Below the pieces are notes generated by a model. The model worked only from the letters and a program-made list of their open reading frames with translations. It searched no databases and was not told the DNA's origin. A stretch of 35,631 bases of DNA from Gemmatimonadota bacterium (lineage in GTDB: Bacteria; Gemmatimonadota; Gemmatimonadetes; Gemmatimonadales; GWC2-71-9): NCBI GenBank assembly GCA_036679605.1, contig JAZDCZ010000210.1:1-35631 (forward strand). Reading direction: 5' to 3'. The position numbers and the translations under genes were made by a program. Of this stretch, positions 27,802 to 35,631 are shown piece after piece (within the stretch, counting starts at the first letter, position 1; each line of letters begins with the position of its first letter).

Positions 27802-30800
27802 CTACGGGCGATACTCGATCCGCGAGATCACAGCGTCAGAGTTGCCGCCGGCGAACGCGCTACCCCACTCGATGAGGTAGAGGCGTCCGTCCGGGCCCTG
27901 CTCCATGTCGATCGGATGCTTGAACTCCGCTCCCGCTAGGAACGGTAGAATGTCCAGGATCTCGCCATTGTCGTCGAAGTGCACGGTCATGATCCAGCCG
28001 CGGGACCATTCATAGAGGAACAAGGTGTTGTCGTAGTAGGCGGGGAGGCGGTTGGGGTGACCGGTCGTGGGCTGAAAGTGATACACGGGGCCGGCCATCC
28101 CGCACCGGCCGCCCTCGCCGAGAGCGGGAAACTCGCTCGACGAGTCGTAGGGGTACCATATCCACGCCGGCTTCGCGGGCGGAAGATCTTCCAGACCCGT
28201 GTTGTTGGGAGAGTCGTTGAACGGCCGGGCGGGATCGAACAACGGCCGCCGCACCGCCCGAATCCCAAAGCCGAAGTCGTGGTCGTAGAAAGCCTTATTG
28301 TCCGCCACGAAGTACGGCCAGCCGAAGTTTCCCGCAATGGTGGTGCGGTTGAACTCGTCGTGCCCCGCAGGTCCCCTACCAACTTGAGCGGCCCCGGCGT
28401 CGGGTCCCACATCGCCCCAATACAGAGTGCCGGTCACGGAATCGACCGAGATCCGGAACGGGTTGCGGCCGCCCATGACGTAAACCTCCGGCCGCGTCGA
28501 CAACTTCATGGAAACGAAGAGGTTGTCCGGAGGAATCGCGTACGTCCCGTTTGGCAACGGGCGAATCCGGAGGATCTTTCCCCGCAGGTCATTCGTGTTC
28601 GCCGAAGACTTTTGGGCGTCGAACGGCGCCCGGCCCGGTCGCTCATCGATGGGCGTGAAACCCTGAGAGGCGAAAGGATTCGTATTGTCGCCGGTGGAGA
28701 TGAAGAGGTTCCCGCTCCCATCGAACGCCATTGACCCGGCGCTGTGGCAACACTCCTCTCTCTGAGTGGGGATCTGGAGGAGGACGATTTCGCTGTTCGC
28801 CTGGAAAGTGTTGCCAATCATCGTGAATCGCGACACGACGTTCCGCAGGGGTCCACCGTCGTCGGGCGGCGAGTAGTACACGTAGAACCACCCGTTTCCG
28901 CTGAAGTTCGGATCGAGGGCGATCCCGAGCAGCCCGTCTTCGAGTTCGGCGAAGACGTTGATGATGCCCGCGATCACCGTGCTCTGTGTATCGGGTCGCC
29001 ACACCTTCACCGTCCCACCCCGCTCCACGAAGATGACTCGCCCGTCGGCGGCGACGGCAAGCTCCATCGGGTCGTTGACGTTGCTGTCGAGGACGATCTT
29101 GTCAAAGTTTTCCTCGACCGTCGCACCGGCGTCGCCTTCGGCCAACCCCGCCGTCCAGAGGATCCCCCCGAGCAAATGCTGGAGGAACGCCGGCTCGCCG
29201 TAGCTCTGGCTCGTGTGGCCGCCGCCCGTGTACCACGCCCGGCCGCCTTCGAAATCGTGGCACCAGGCGATCGGGTGATCGTGCCCCATATCGCCGCCTT
29301 GGTACGTTCGTTCGTCGAGGGCGGCGAGAACGTGCACGCGGCCTCGGGGGTTGTCGCTGAATGAGTACCATTCGTCGTTCCGCATCCACCGTGCGGGCAG
29401 GTGCGCCGTCGACGGATGCTTGCGATCGGCGACGAGGATCGTCGCTACCTGCGGAGCTGGATGACTCGCGAAGTACGCTCCGACGAGGCGACCGTACCAC
29501 GGCCAATCGTGCTCGGTGTCGCTTGCGGCGTGAATGCCCACAAACCCACCACCCTCCTGGATGTATGTCTGGAACCCACTCTGCTCGGTCGCGTTCAGTA
29601 CATCGCCTGTCGTGTTCAGAAAGACGATGGTGTCGAACGCCTGGAATTCGAGCCCGCTGAAGACCGCCGCGTCCTCGGTTGCGGTCACGACGAAGCCGTG
29701 TTCTTCGCCGAGCTGATGCAGAGCCGCGATCCCGGCGGGGATCGAATCGTGTCGGAAGCCGGCGGTCTTGCTGAACACAAGGACCTTGGACAGGTTCCCA
29801 TCGACAGAAACGACCTTGTTCGCGCTGCTCGGCCCGAACCAGTTCAGCCCCTCCTGGAGCATCTGCCACTGAAAGTTGTAGAGCCCGGGATCGCTGGGTG
29901 CGGTGATCGTAAAACTGAAAGTCTTCTGTTGGGTCGGCGCGATGGAGTCCGACGGATCGAGCAGGACCCGACTCATCCCCCATCGAGTATTGTCCGCGGG
30001 ATTGCGGCTGCCGATCTTGAAGAGCCCAGCGCGGGTCCACGTGGTGGTGCCCGTGTTTTTGAACGTGACCGAGACCTGGGCGGTCTCGCCGGCGTCCATC
30101 GTAGTGGGGACATTTTGGGAGACGAACTGGGAGTCGTTCACTCGTACGACGTCGATCACCTGGTTCGCGCTGCTGGCCCCGAACCAATTCACTCCTTCCA
30201 GAAGCGTCAGCCACTGAAAATTGTAGAGTCCCGGGATGGTCGGTGCGGTCACGTCAAAGGTAAAGGTCTTTTGTTGGGTGGGCGCAATGGAATCCGACGG
30301 ATCGAGCAAAACCCGGCTCATCCCCCAATGAGTATTGTCCGGGGGATTGCGGCTGCCGATCTTGAAGAACCTGGCTCGGGTCCAAGTCGTCGTGCCCGTG
30401 TTCTTGAACGTGACCGAGACCTGGCGTGTTTCGCCCGGAACCATGCTGGTCGGCACATCCTGCGAGATGAACTGGGAGTCGTTCACGCCTCCGCCGACTT
30501 GGATGAGTTGGTTCGTGCTGCTGGCTCCGAACCAGTTGACTCCCTCCTGGAGCATCTGCCACTGAAAGTTGTAGAGCCCGGGATCGCTGGGTGCGGTGAT
30601 CGTAAAATTGAAAGTCTTCAATTGGGTCGGCGCTATGAAGTCCAACGGATCGAGCAGGACCCGACTCATCCCCCAATGAGTGTTGTCGGCGGAATTGCGG
30701 CTGCCGATCTTGAAGAGCCCGGCTTGGGTCCACGTGGTAGTGCCCGTGTTCTTGAACGTGATCGAGACCTGGGTTGTCTCCCCGGCGGCCATCTCGGTGG

Positions 30801-30921
30801 GCAAGATCGTCTGCGAGATGAACTGGGAATCGTTCGTTGCTTCAGCCGCGCCACCGGAAATGCCCAAGAAGACCAGGCCAAGGGTTAACGTCGTGATCGC
30901 GTTCGTGACCAGCGTTCTCAT
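27802..30921 (-). CDS. secreted protein: 3x NBR1-Ig-like repeats, ThuA-like domain, glucose/sorbosone (PQQ-type) dehydrogenase propeller
   Basis: Signal peptide; three about 115-aa repeats 'NDSQFISQ..FKNTGTTTW..FQWQML'; ThuA 'VLVFSKTAGFRHDSI..GGFVGIHAA..WYTGGGH'; GSDH 'CCHSAGSMAF..STGDNTNP..DLRGKILRI..RNPFR'. GGAGG RBS. Confidence 0.9.
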   Translation of the reverse strand: MRTLVTNAITTLTLGLVFLGISGGAAEATNDSQFISQTILPTEMAAGETTQVSITFKNTGTTTWTQAGLFKIGSRNSADNTHWGMSRVLLDPLDFIAPTQLKTFNFTITAPSDPGLYNFQWQMLQEGVNWFGASSTNQLIQVGGGVNDSQFISQDVPTSMVPGETRQVSVTFKNTGTTTWTRARFFKIGSRNPPDNTHWGMSRVLLDPSDSIAPTQQKTFTFDVTAPTIPGLYNFQWLTLLEGVNWFGASSANQVIDVVRVNDSQFVSQNVPTTMDAGETAQVSVTFKNTGTTTWTRAGLFKIGSRNPADNTRWGMSRVLLDPSDSIAPTQQKTFSFTITAPSDPGLYNFQWQMLQEGLNWFGPSSANKVVSVDGNLSKVLVFSKTAGFRHDSIPAGIAALHQLGEEHGFVVTATEDAAVFSGLEFQAFDTIVFLNTTGDVLNATEQSGFQTYIQEGGGFVGIHAASDTEHDWPWYGRLVGAYFASHPAPQVATILVADRKHPSTAHLPARWMRNDEWYSFSDNPRGRVHVLAALDERTYQGGDMGHDHPIAWCHDFEGGRAWYTGGGHTSQSYGEPAFLQHLLGGILWTAGLAEGDAGATVEENFDKIVLDSNVNDPMELAVAADGRVIFVERGGTVKVWRPDTQSTVIAGIINVFAELEDGLLGIALDPNFSGNGWFYVYYSPPDDGGPLRNVVSRFTMIGNTFQANSEIVLLQIPTQREECCHSAGSMAFDGSGNLFISTGDNTNPFASQGFTPIDERPGRAPFDAQKSSANTNDLRGKILRIRPLPNGTYAIPPDNLFVSMKLSTRPEVYVMGGRNPFRISVDSVTGTLYWGDVGPDAGAAQVGRGPAGHDEFNRTTIAGNFGWPYFVADNKAFYDHDFGFGIRAVRRPLFDPARPFNDSPNNTGLEDLPPAKPAWIWYPYDSSSEFPALGEGGRCGMAGPVYHFQPTTGHPNRLPAYYDNTLFLYEWSRGWIMTVHFDDNGEILDILPFLAGAEFKHPIDMEQGPDGRLYLIEWGSAFAGGNSDAVISRIEYRP
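29800..30834 (-). repeat. three intragenic tandem repeats of about 345-351 bp
   Basis: Unit starts at 30834, 30483 and 30138 with long identical DNA stretches. Right boundary of the third unit approximate. Confidence 0.9.
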
Positions 30922-31149
30922 TTCGACTTCCTCCCACGAACCGGTAGATTCCAAACGAGGCTAGATCGATCTGCACGGAACAGCCGAACGATCCGTTGAG
31001 AAAAAAAAAGAAAAACTCTCGACACGCCGACAGAGTCTCCAAGCCTCTATTACGACATGAACATATCCGCTCACGTATTCCGTGTTGTGGATCATCGACA
31101 AGATCGCCACCGTCCGCGGGTCGGACGAGGCCCAGAATGAGGAACCTCG

Positions 31150-32847
31150 ATGCTGCTCGAAACAGAGAGACCGCATACCTCGACGCCGAATAGTCCTCGC
31201 GGCTTTCGGTCGCTCCTATCCGCTCTTGTTCTGCTTGTCTCCATGCCGGGTCCGGGCACTTCGCAGGTTCCGGTCCGCGTAGATGGCGATATACCGATCG
31301 CCCTGCGAGAGGGGGGGCGAACCTTTATCTCCCCGGATGTCGATACCTTCGCCGACGGGAGGAGGTTTGTGGTGTGGGAAGACGCCGACCCCAACCTGAT
31401 TACGTTCTCGGCCAAAGGGAAGATCTTTGATTCGAACGGCGATCCGCTCACCGGTGATTTTCCCGTTTCTACTGGGAGAAGGAATGGCCGGGCGCCCCGG
31501 GTCTCGGTCAACGCCGCCGGTCTCGCCGTCGTGAGCTTTAGCAAAGCGGGAGCTCCAGAGGGGTTCTTCCGGCTGTTCGATTCCGATGGAAACCCACTCG
31601 GAAACATGATCCGAACGAGGAGTTCCCATCCTCGCACGGCAATCGGACCGGATCGCCTGCTTGTGGTGACAGGGTCGATTCCTGGAGATATCCAGCGTCA
31701 GTTCTTCCGTCTCGACGGCTCGCCCCTCGAGGCCGCAAAGGAAATCACCGATGTTGGGTTCTCTCCCCAGGTCTCCATGGACGCCGCCGGCGGCTTCGTC
31801 CTCGTCGGCATCAACTCAAACGAGCTCCTGGGTCGATGCTTCGACCCCCTCGGAGTGGCCAAGGGCCCAGCGTTCCGGGTCGATGAGGGCGGGAATGGAT
31901 CTGGCTTCCGCGATCTCGACATGGCTCCCGACGGTCACTTCGTGGTGGCCTGGGCCACCAGCAATTTGCTTTTGCTGGCGCGGCTCTTCGCGCCCGACGG
32001 GTCTGCCTTGACCGGGGATCTGGTGGTATCGACGAGCGGCCTCACTTTTCGGCCCGAGGTATCCGTCGCGATCGGCAACGATCGAAGCTTCATCGTGGCC
32101 TGGCGCGAGCAGAAAGGTCGCGAAACCGACGTGCGCGGTCGTTTCTACTCGCCTAGTGGAGCCCCCGTCGGCGGCTCCTTTCAGATCAATGCGGCGGAGA
32201 CAGGGAGAGATCATACCCCACTAAACCAGGGGATGTGCGCAGTGTCGATGAGCCCCGGGGAGGTGCCTTTTGCCGCTTGGGTGGAGGAGATTGATACTCT
32301 CGGCGACGCGGTGGTCATGGGCGGTCGGTTCGACGACTCCTGTCTCGCCGGCAACATCAACGCGGGCATCGGCGTCGTTCCCCCCAGGCTCTTCATCAAC
32401 GGCAGCCCGGGAGCCGAGAATCGTTGCGTGCAGGTGAGTACGAACACGGCCATTGCGGTTGAGCTGATCGCGGCCCCGGCGACGCCGATGGGGACCTATA
32501 TCCTCTACGTCTGGGCAGGCGAACCCACTTTCGGTTGCTTCGACGTCCGTCGTTCCCTCCTTGGGAGCATGGTGAACAACACGCCGGTGTCCGTGGGCGG
32601 GTCTGGACCCCTCCCGATCGCCTGTATCCGGGGAGCGGGCATTCCGGATGCCGCGTGCCTGGGAGTCCCCGAGCACCCGGGACCCGCCAAGAGTCCGGTG
32701 GTCCTCCTGCACCCGGGTTTCGCGAGCCCGAAGGTGCTTACCTTGCAAGCGCTACTCGAGGACGATGGTGCCCGGGCCACGCCACCAGGCTTCGGAGTCA
32801 CCAACCTTGTGGTCCTGCGCATCGAGGCGAGCGAGGCCACGAAGTAG
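31150..32847 (+). CDS. secreted hypothetical protein with repeated beta-propeller-like blades and a Cys-containing C-terminal domain
   Basis: Signal-like segment; repeats 'FVVVW...GRFY..G.P.G..FQIN'; C-terminal 'CLAGNINAG..LFINGSPG'. Confidence 0.75.
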   Translation: MLLETERPHTSTPNSPRGFRSLLSALVLLVSMPGPGTSQVPVRVDGDIPIALREGGRTFISPDVDTFADGRRFVVWEDADPNLITFSAKGKIFDSNGDPLTGDFPVSTGRRNGRAPRVSVNAAGLAVVSFSKAGAPEGFFRLFDSDGNPLGNMIRTRSSHPRTAIGPDRLLVVTGSIPGDIQRQFFRLDGSPLEAAKEITDVGFSPQVSMDAAGGFVLVGINSNELLGRCFDPLGVAKGPAFRVDEGGNGSGFRDLDMAPDGHFVVAWATSNLLLLARLFAPDGSALTGDLVVSTSGLTFRPEVSVAIGNDRSFIVAWREQKGRETDVRGRFYSPSGAPVGGSFQINAAETGRDHTPLNQGMCAVSMSPGEVPFAAWVEEIDTLGDAVVMGGRFDDSCLAGNINAGIGVVPPRLFINGSPGAENRCVQVSTNTAIAVELIAAPATPMGTYILYVWAGEPTFGCFDVRRSLLGSMVNNTPVSVGGSGPLPIACIRGAGIPDAACLGVPEHPGPAKSPVVLLHPGFASPKVLTLQALLEDDGARATPPGFGVTNLVVLRIEASEATK

Positions 32848-33062
32848 ATTTTGGAAACCTCCAAAATGACCACTGCCCTCCAACGTCACGCCTTGCCAGC
32901 CCCACCGATGGCTCACGCCGCAAACCCCGACCGGACTCTTGCCAGAACCGGGCGGGAACACTATGTTGAACCCCCTCAACCGACGAAAGCCGTGTCGCCC
33001 GAGTCCGAAGCGACGGGCTGACCGGGGGGGTGAAGCGATCATTGGCGGCGCACGAGCCAACA

Positions 33063-33127
33063 GGCCGAGACACCGGGCCGAGGCACCGGGCCGAGACAAC
33101 GGGCCGAGACAACGGGCCGAGACAACG
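33063..33127. repeat. 13-bp tandem repeat (GGCCGAGACAACG consensus)x5
   Basis: Read directly; ends 1 nt before the GGAGG RBS of the DUF480 gene. Confidence 0.95.
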
Positions 33128-33137
33128 TGGAGGGATC

Positions 33138-33785
33138 ATGTCGTACCAGCTGGAGAGGGTCGAACGACGCGTCCTCGGCGTACTGGTCGAAAAGGGATAC
33201 ACGACGCCGGATCAGTACCCGATATCCCTAAACGCGATCGTCAACGGGTGCAACCAGAAGAGCTGCCGCGATCCCTTGATGAGTCTCGACGAGGTCGATG
33301 TCAGCGACGCGATTGACGCGCTACGCGAGGAGGGGCTGGCGATCACCGCGATGGGCAGCGGCCGCGTCGACAAGTACCGTCACTGCGTGCCGGACATGCT
33401 CGAGATCAACGCCAGGGAAGCGGCGACGCTGGCCGAGCTATTGTTGCGTGGCCCGCAGACCGACGGCGAGCTGCGCCAGCGCGCTAGCCGCATGGTGCAG
33501 ATCAACGACCTGACGCTGATGCACGAGCTGCTCGACGGATTGCAGGAAAAGTCCTTCGTCAAGCGTCTGAGCCCCCCGGGTCAGAAACGTGGCGCGCGAT
33601 TCGCACACATGCTGTATCCAGAGCGCGAACAGCCACACGTCGACGCGGACGCACCGGCTGCGGCCCCGGCCTCGCGCCGCGCCGCAGCACCCGCGCCTGG
33701 CGAACTCGAGGAGCTTCGCGCCACGATCGCCGCCCTGACGCACCGCATCGTTGCACTCGAACGCGCCAGTGGCATCGAAACTTGA
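33138..33785 (+). CDS. DUF480 / UPF0502 (YceH-family) protein
   Basis: 'ERRVLGVLVEK..TTPDQYPISLNAIVNGCNQK..RDP', 'LLLRGPQT.GELR.RASRM'. GGAGG before ATG 33138. Confidence 0.9.
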   Translation: MSYQLERVERRVLGVLVEKGYTTPDQYPISLNAIVNGCNQKSCRDPLMSLDEVDVSDAIDALREEGLAITAMGSGRVDKYRHCVPDMLEINAREAATLAELLLRGPQTDGELRQRASRMVQINDLTLMHELLDGLQEKSFVKRLSPPGQKRGARFAHMLYPEREQPHVDADAPAAAPASRRAAAPAPGELEELRATIAALTHRIVALERASGIET

Positions 33786-34069
33786 GGCTCTGGCCAAGCT
33801 GATCACAATCGACCGAGCTGGCCTGCGATGTGACGACCCATCCTGGTTCTGGGAAGGGTGTCTACGATTTGGCCAATCCCAACGGAGAAACTCACGAGTC
33901 GACTACACAAGGCATCCGCGTTCTTCATCCACCGCACCCCGATCAGAGAGATTCCCCCTGAATTCAGACGAACGTTGAGGTTAAGTCCGCGCTCGCTGCA
34001 CTCGCGACCTCCGCCTAGGCCAAGCAAGCTCTCCGCGAAGACCGTCTTTGTCGTTGGGGTTGCGACACA

Positions 34070-34188
34070 AGGCGGATGGTGGATAGGGGGGAGCAAACGC
34101 CTATGCCGAGCGCCACAAACTTCAGCTTTCTCAAGAATCCAATTCGCGACAGGATCAAGCGGCGCTCCCCCCTATCCTCCATCCGCCT
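34070..34188. repeat. 119-bp element with 25-bp terminal inverted repeats (MITE-like or long hairpin)
   Basis: AGGCGGATGGTGGATAGGGGGGAGC (34070-34094) and GCTCCCCCCTATCCTCCATCCGCCT (34164-34188), 24/25 complementary. Confidence 0.8.
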
Positions 34189-34350
34189 GGCGCGCAGGCC
34201 CTACGCTACCCCCGGAAGGGTCTTCTGGTTTTCTGTTTCTTCCTTCGCGCTGTCCATCCCGGTCGTATTTCTGCAACGTTGGGTAGGGCCGGAGCCTGAA
34301 AAAGCTGGCGGCTACCGACGCCGAAGCCAAGGACAGGAGTGCCAAGGTGC

Positions 34351-35502
34351 CTACGGAACTACTGTAAACGCCTCGAGATCTCCCGTCAAAGTCACCCCAG
34401 TCTCAGAATCAACAAGGCGGACGCCAAATACATACGTTCCCAGTTGGCCCAGCGGACAATGACCAGCAGTACCGACTACACGGCCTGGATTAGAAAAATC
34501 AAAGCCCGGAGGAACCACTTGCACTCCTTGGAAACCTATTGGAACCCTGGGGACGATCGCGCCGTCTGGCATCCTGATCCACACGAACGTTCTGACTTGA
34601 TACTCAGGTTGCATAGATCCATTCACAAGGCGACCACCCACCAAGAGGGTGTCCATGGCAGCTATCGAAAGTGTTCTTAGGGGGAGATCCAAGGAAACGT
34701 TGAGAGGCGGATTGGGAATTGGACACGAGCCAAAGAGACATTCCAAGTTAATCTGGTAGCCACCAGTTTCGTTGCATCCCGCGTCGGAGATGAACATGAA
34801 ATAGGTGCCGTCCAGGACGAGATTCTTTTCGACAGAAAACGAGCACCTTCGGTTGCCTGTACACGCTCTGTCTTCAATGATTACACCGCTCGGATCAAGG
34901 ATCTCGAGCCTCGGATCGAAGAAATCCGACCTCCCCAAGACAGTGGCCCGAATGGTGGTTCCAGCGACACCTTGGAACGCGATGAAATCCACGTCGGTCT
35001 GTGGGCTAATTGTGTCGCTCACAGAACTTCCATAAGTGAGACACGGTGCGGCAACTGGAGGAATCTTCTCGATTTGCAGTGTATAGCTCCCGGTCTCGTT
35101 TGCTCCTGAGTCAGACACACGGAGATTGTACAGTCCCGTCTCTTCGAGCGTCACGTTTTGGTTCAAGCAGCACCTTCGGTTGCCTGTACAGGCCGTGTTT
35201 ATAATCAGAACACCGGTTGGATCTCTAATCTCGAGCCTCGGATCGAAGAAATCCGACCTCCCCAGAATAATGATCCTAACCTGGTCCCCTGCAGTTCCGA
35301 GGAAGCAGAAGGGATCGGAGTCGACTGCCGGACTAATCACACACCCGGTGGTGTGGTCTCCATAGCTCAGAAAGACGGGCTCGTTCCCTTCATCACATGG
35401 AACTGCCGATTCTGGCTGTGGAAACCCGTCACCAGCGGCGTGAAGCCGGGCTGGAAGTAGAAATCCAAGCACAACCACCAGCGAGACAACCAAAAGCTTC
35501 AT
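34351..35502 (-). CDS. secreted protein with two tandem PPC (pre-peptidase C-terminal)-like domains
   Basis: AAGGAAGG before ATG 35502; signal peptide; repeats 'D.D.F.F.G.AG..I...GRSDFFDPRLEI.DP.G..L..G.Y...SDAG.NETG.Y' 327 nt apart. Confidence 0.85.
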   Translation of the reverse strand: MKLLVVSLVVVLGFLLPARLHAAGDGFPQPESAVPCDEGNEPVFLSYGDHTTGCVISPAVDSDPFCFLGTAGDQVRIIILGRSDFFDPRLEIRDPTGVLIINTACTGNRRCCLNQNVTLEETGLYNLRVSDSGANETGSYTLQIEKIPPVAAPCLTYGSSVSDTISPQTDVDFIAFQGVAGTTIRATVLGRSDFFDPRLEILDPSGVIIEDRACTGNRRCSFSVEKNLVLDGTYFMFISDAGCNETGGYQINLECLFGSCPIPNPPLNVSLDLPLRTLSIAAMDTLLVGGRLVNGSMQPEYQVRTFVWIRMPDGAIVPRVPIGFQGVQVVPPGFDFSNPGRVVGTAGHCPLGQLGTYVFGVRLVDSETGVTLTGDLEAFTVVP

Positions 35503-35521
35503 AGCATCCTTCCTTTCTACT

Positions 35522-35631
35522 GGAGAGTGGGAGGTTCTCATGGACATTCCAGCGCCGCGTGTAACGGAGCATGATGGAATCATACTCGCGGATTATTCTG
35601 GGAAGAGGATGATGTAGACTTTTATCTGACC
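35522..35631 (-). repeat. 110-bp non-coding repeat, copy 2 (truncated by the window edge)
   Basis: Reverse complement matches 370-479 at 107/110; ends 19 nt upstream of ATG 35502. Confidence 0.95.

Noticed and set aside
32940..33035. Possible multi-stem leader RNA or riboswitch before DUF480
   Set aside because: Stems are only 4-5 bp in GC-rich DNA and I recognised no convincing aptamer consensus.
7759..33127. Short tandem arrays as CRISPR
   Set aside because: Units are 9-13 bp with no spacers, and there are no cas genes.
1..35631. Genome-wide UGA reassignment (Trp or Gly code) as the explanation for the in-frame TGAs
   Set aside because: TGA ends complete genes here (AA5 oxidase, DUF480, ATGA overlaps at 1158 and 20963), Trp is encoded by TGG where I checked, and the SCO TGA sits at a Cys position.

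Overview
GC-rich bacterial window, plausibly Planctomycetota-like from its gene content (inference), dominated by genes for exported redox and glycan-active proteins. The main discovery is a minus-strand cluster (about 15614 to 5382) in which three apparent ORF pairs are each one reading frame interrupted by a single in-frame TGA. Each TGA is followed 11-13 nt later by a similar short hairpin with a 5-nt N-G-U-N-N loop, as expected of a bacterial SECIS. The three predicted selenoproteins are an uncharacterised domain fused to a CotA/bilirubin-oxidase-type multicopper oxidase (PPWVV-U-PTL), an SCO copper chaperone whose CxxxC site reads CEGT-U-P, and an FG-GAP/ASPIC-UnbV (CRTAC1-like) protein with a C-terminal CxxC redoxin domain (DL-U-SFFWRQVV). 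A galactose-oxidase-family copper radical oxidase follows them. Other contents are a MauE/DoxX gene coupled to an 8-Cys secreted mini-protein, a HEAT-repeat protein, an NhaC-family transporter, an NTF2/SnoaL protein, a sulfatase, a CxxCH protein, an FMO plus DUF6314 pair, a giant malectin/GSDH/Kelch gene broken by one in-frame TAG, an NBR1-Ig/ThuA/GSDH protein, a DUF480 protein and a PPC-repeat protein. A 110-bp sequence (107/110 identical) occurs in inverted orientation at 370-479 and at the window's right end. I saw no rRNA, tRNA, CRISPR array, transposase, integrase or sel genes. All family calls come from motif recognition; no database searches were run.
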